Assembly: GCA_002269645.1 (NCBI GenBank)
Contig: NIVC01000853.1
Location: forward strand, 69,419 to 133,418
Origin: Macrostomum lignano
Taxonomy: Eukaryota
Direction: 5' to 3'
DNA: 64,000 bases
The stretch's first letter is position 1; each line of letters starts with the position of its first letter. The notes below the pieces were generated by a model. That model was not told where the DNA came from. It saw only the letters and a program-made list of their open reading frames with translations, and did not search any database. The position numbers and the translations under genes were made by a program. Below, piece after piece: positions 63,893-64,000 of the stretch.

Positions 63893-64000
63893 GTGAGTAA
63901 ATTAGTACATTTATAGATTGTTGCTAATAAATTATACAATCAATACATCAATACATCAATACATCAATATTGTCGATATTGATGTACGTGAATGTGTCTA

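Overview
Eukaryotic (animal) genomic DNA, not prokaryotic. It has GC-rich exons, GT-AG introns and about 30 unrelated minisatellite arrays. The style suggests a free-living flatworm such as Macrostomum; this is an inference I could not verify. Six spliced genes can be assembled by hand with consistent intron phases. (1) PIGN, minus strand, 5 exons visible, running off the left edge; it has a 1-nt frameshift and no in-exon start ATG. (2) An orphan 2-TM protein. (3) An NKRF-like dsRBD/R3H protein whose G-patch has decayed. (4) GOLPH3. (5) A tandem cyclic-nucleotide-binding-domain protein. (6) A secreted aerolysin/natterin-type pore-forming protein with unfamiliar Cys-rich repeats. The right end holds a truncated non-LTR retrotransposon (RNase H), a decayed Gypsy integrase tail and a broken SF3-helicase (viral Rep-like) ORF. 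The most unusual signals are these. A 124-bp inverted repeat in NKRF intron 1 has 15 mismatches, all transitions, and 14 of them give G-U pairs on the transcribed strand (an ADAR-like footprint). Nearly every intron carries its own private minisatellite, often anchored on a splice site or containing copies of one. A roughly 7.5-kb domain is almost free of CpG. Most long ORFs in the supplied track are artefacts of the tandem repeats.
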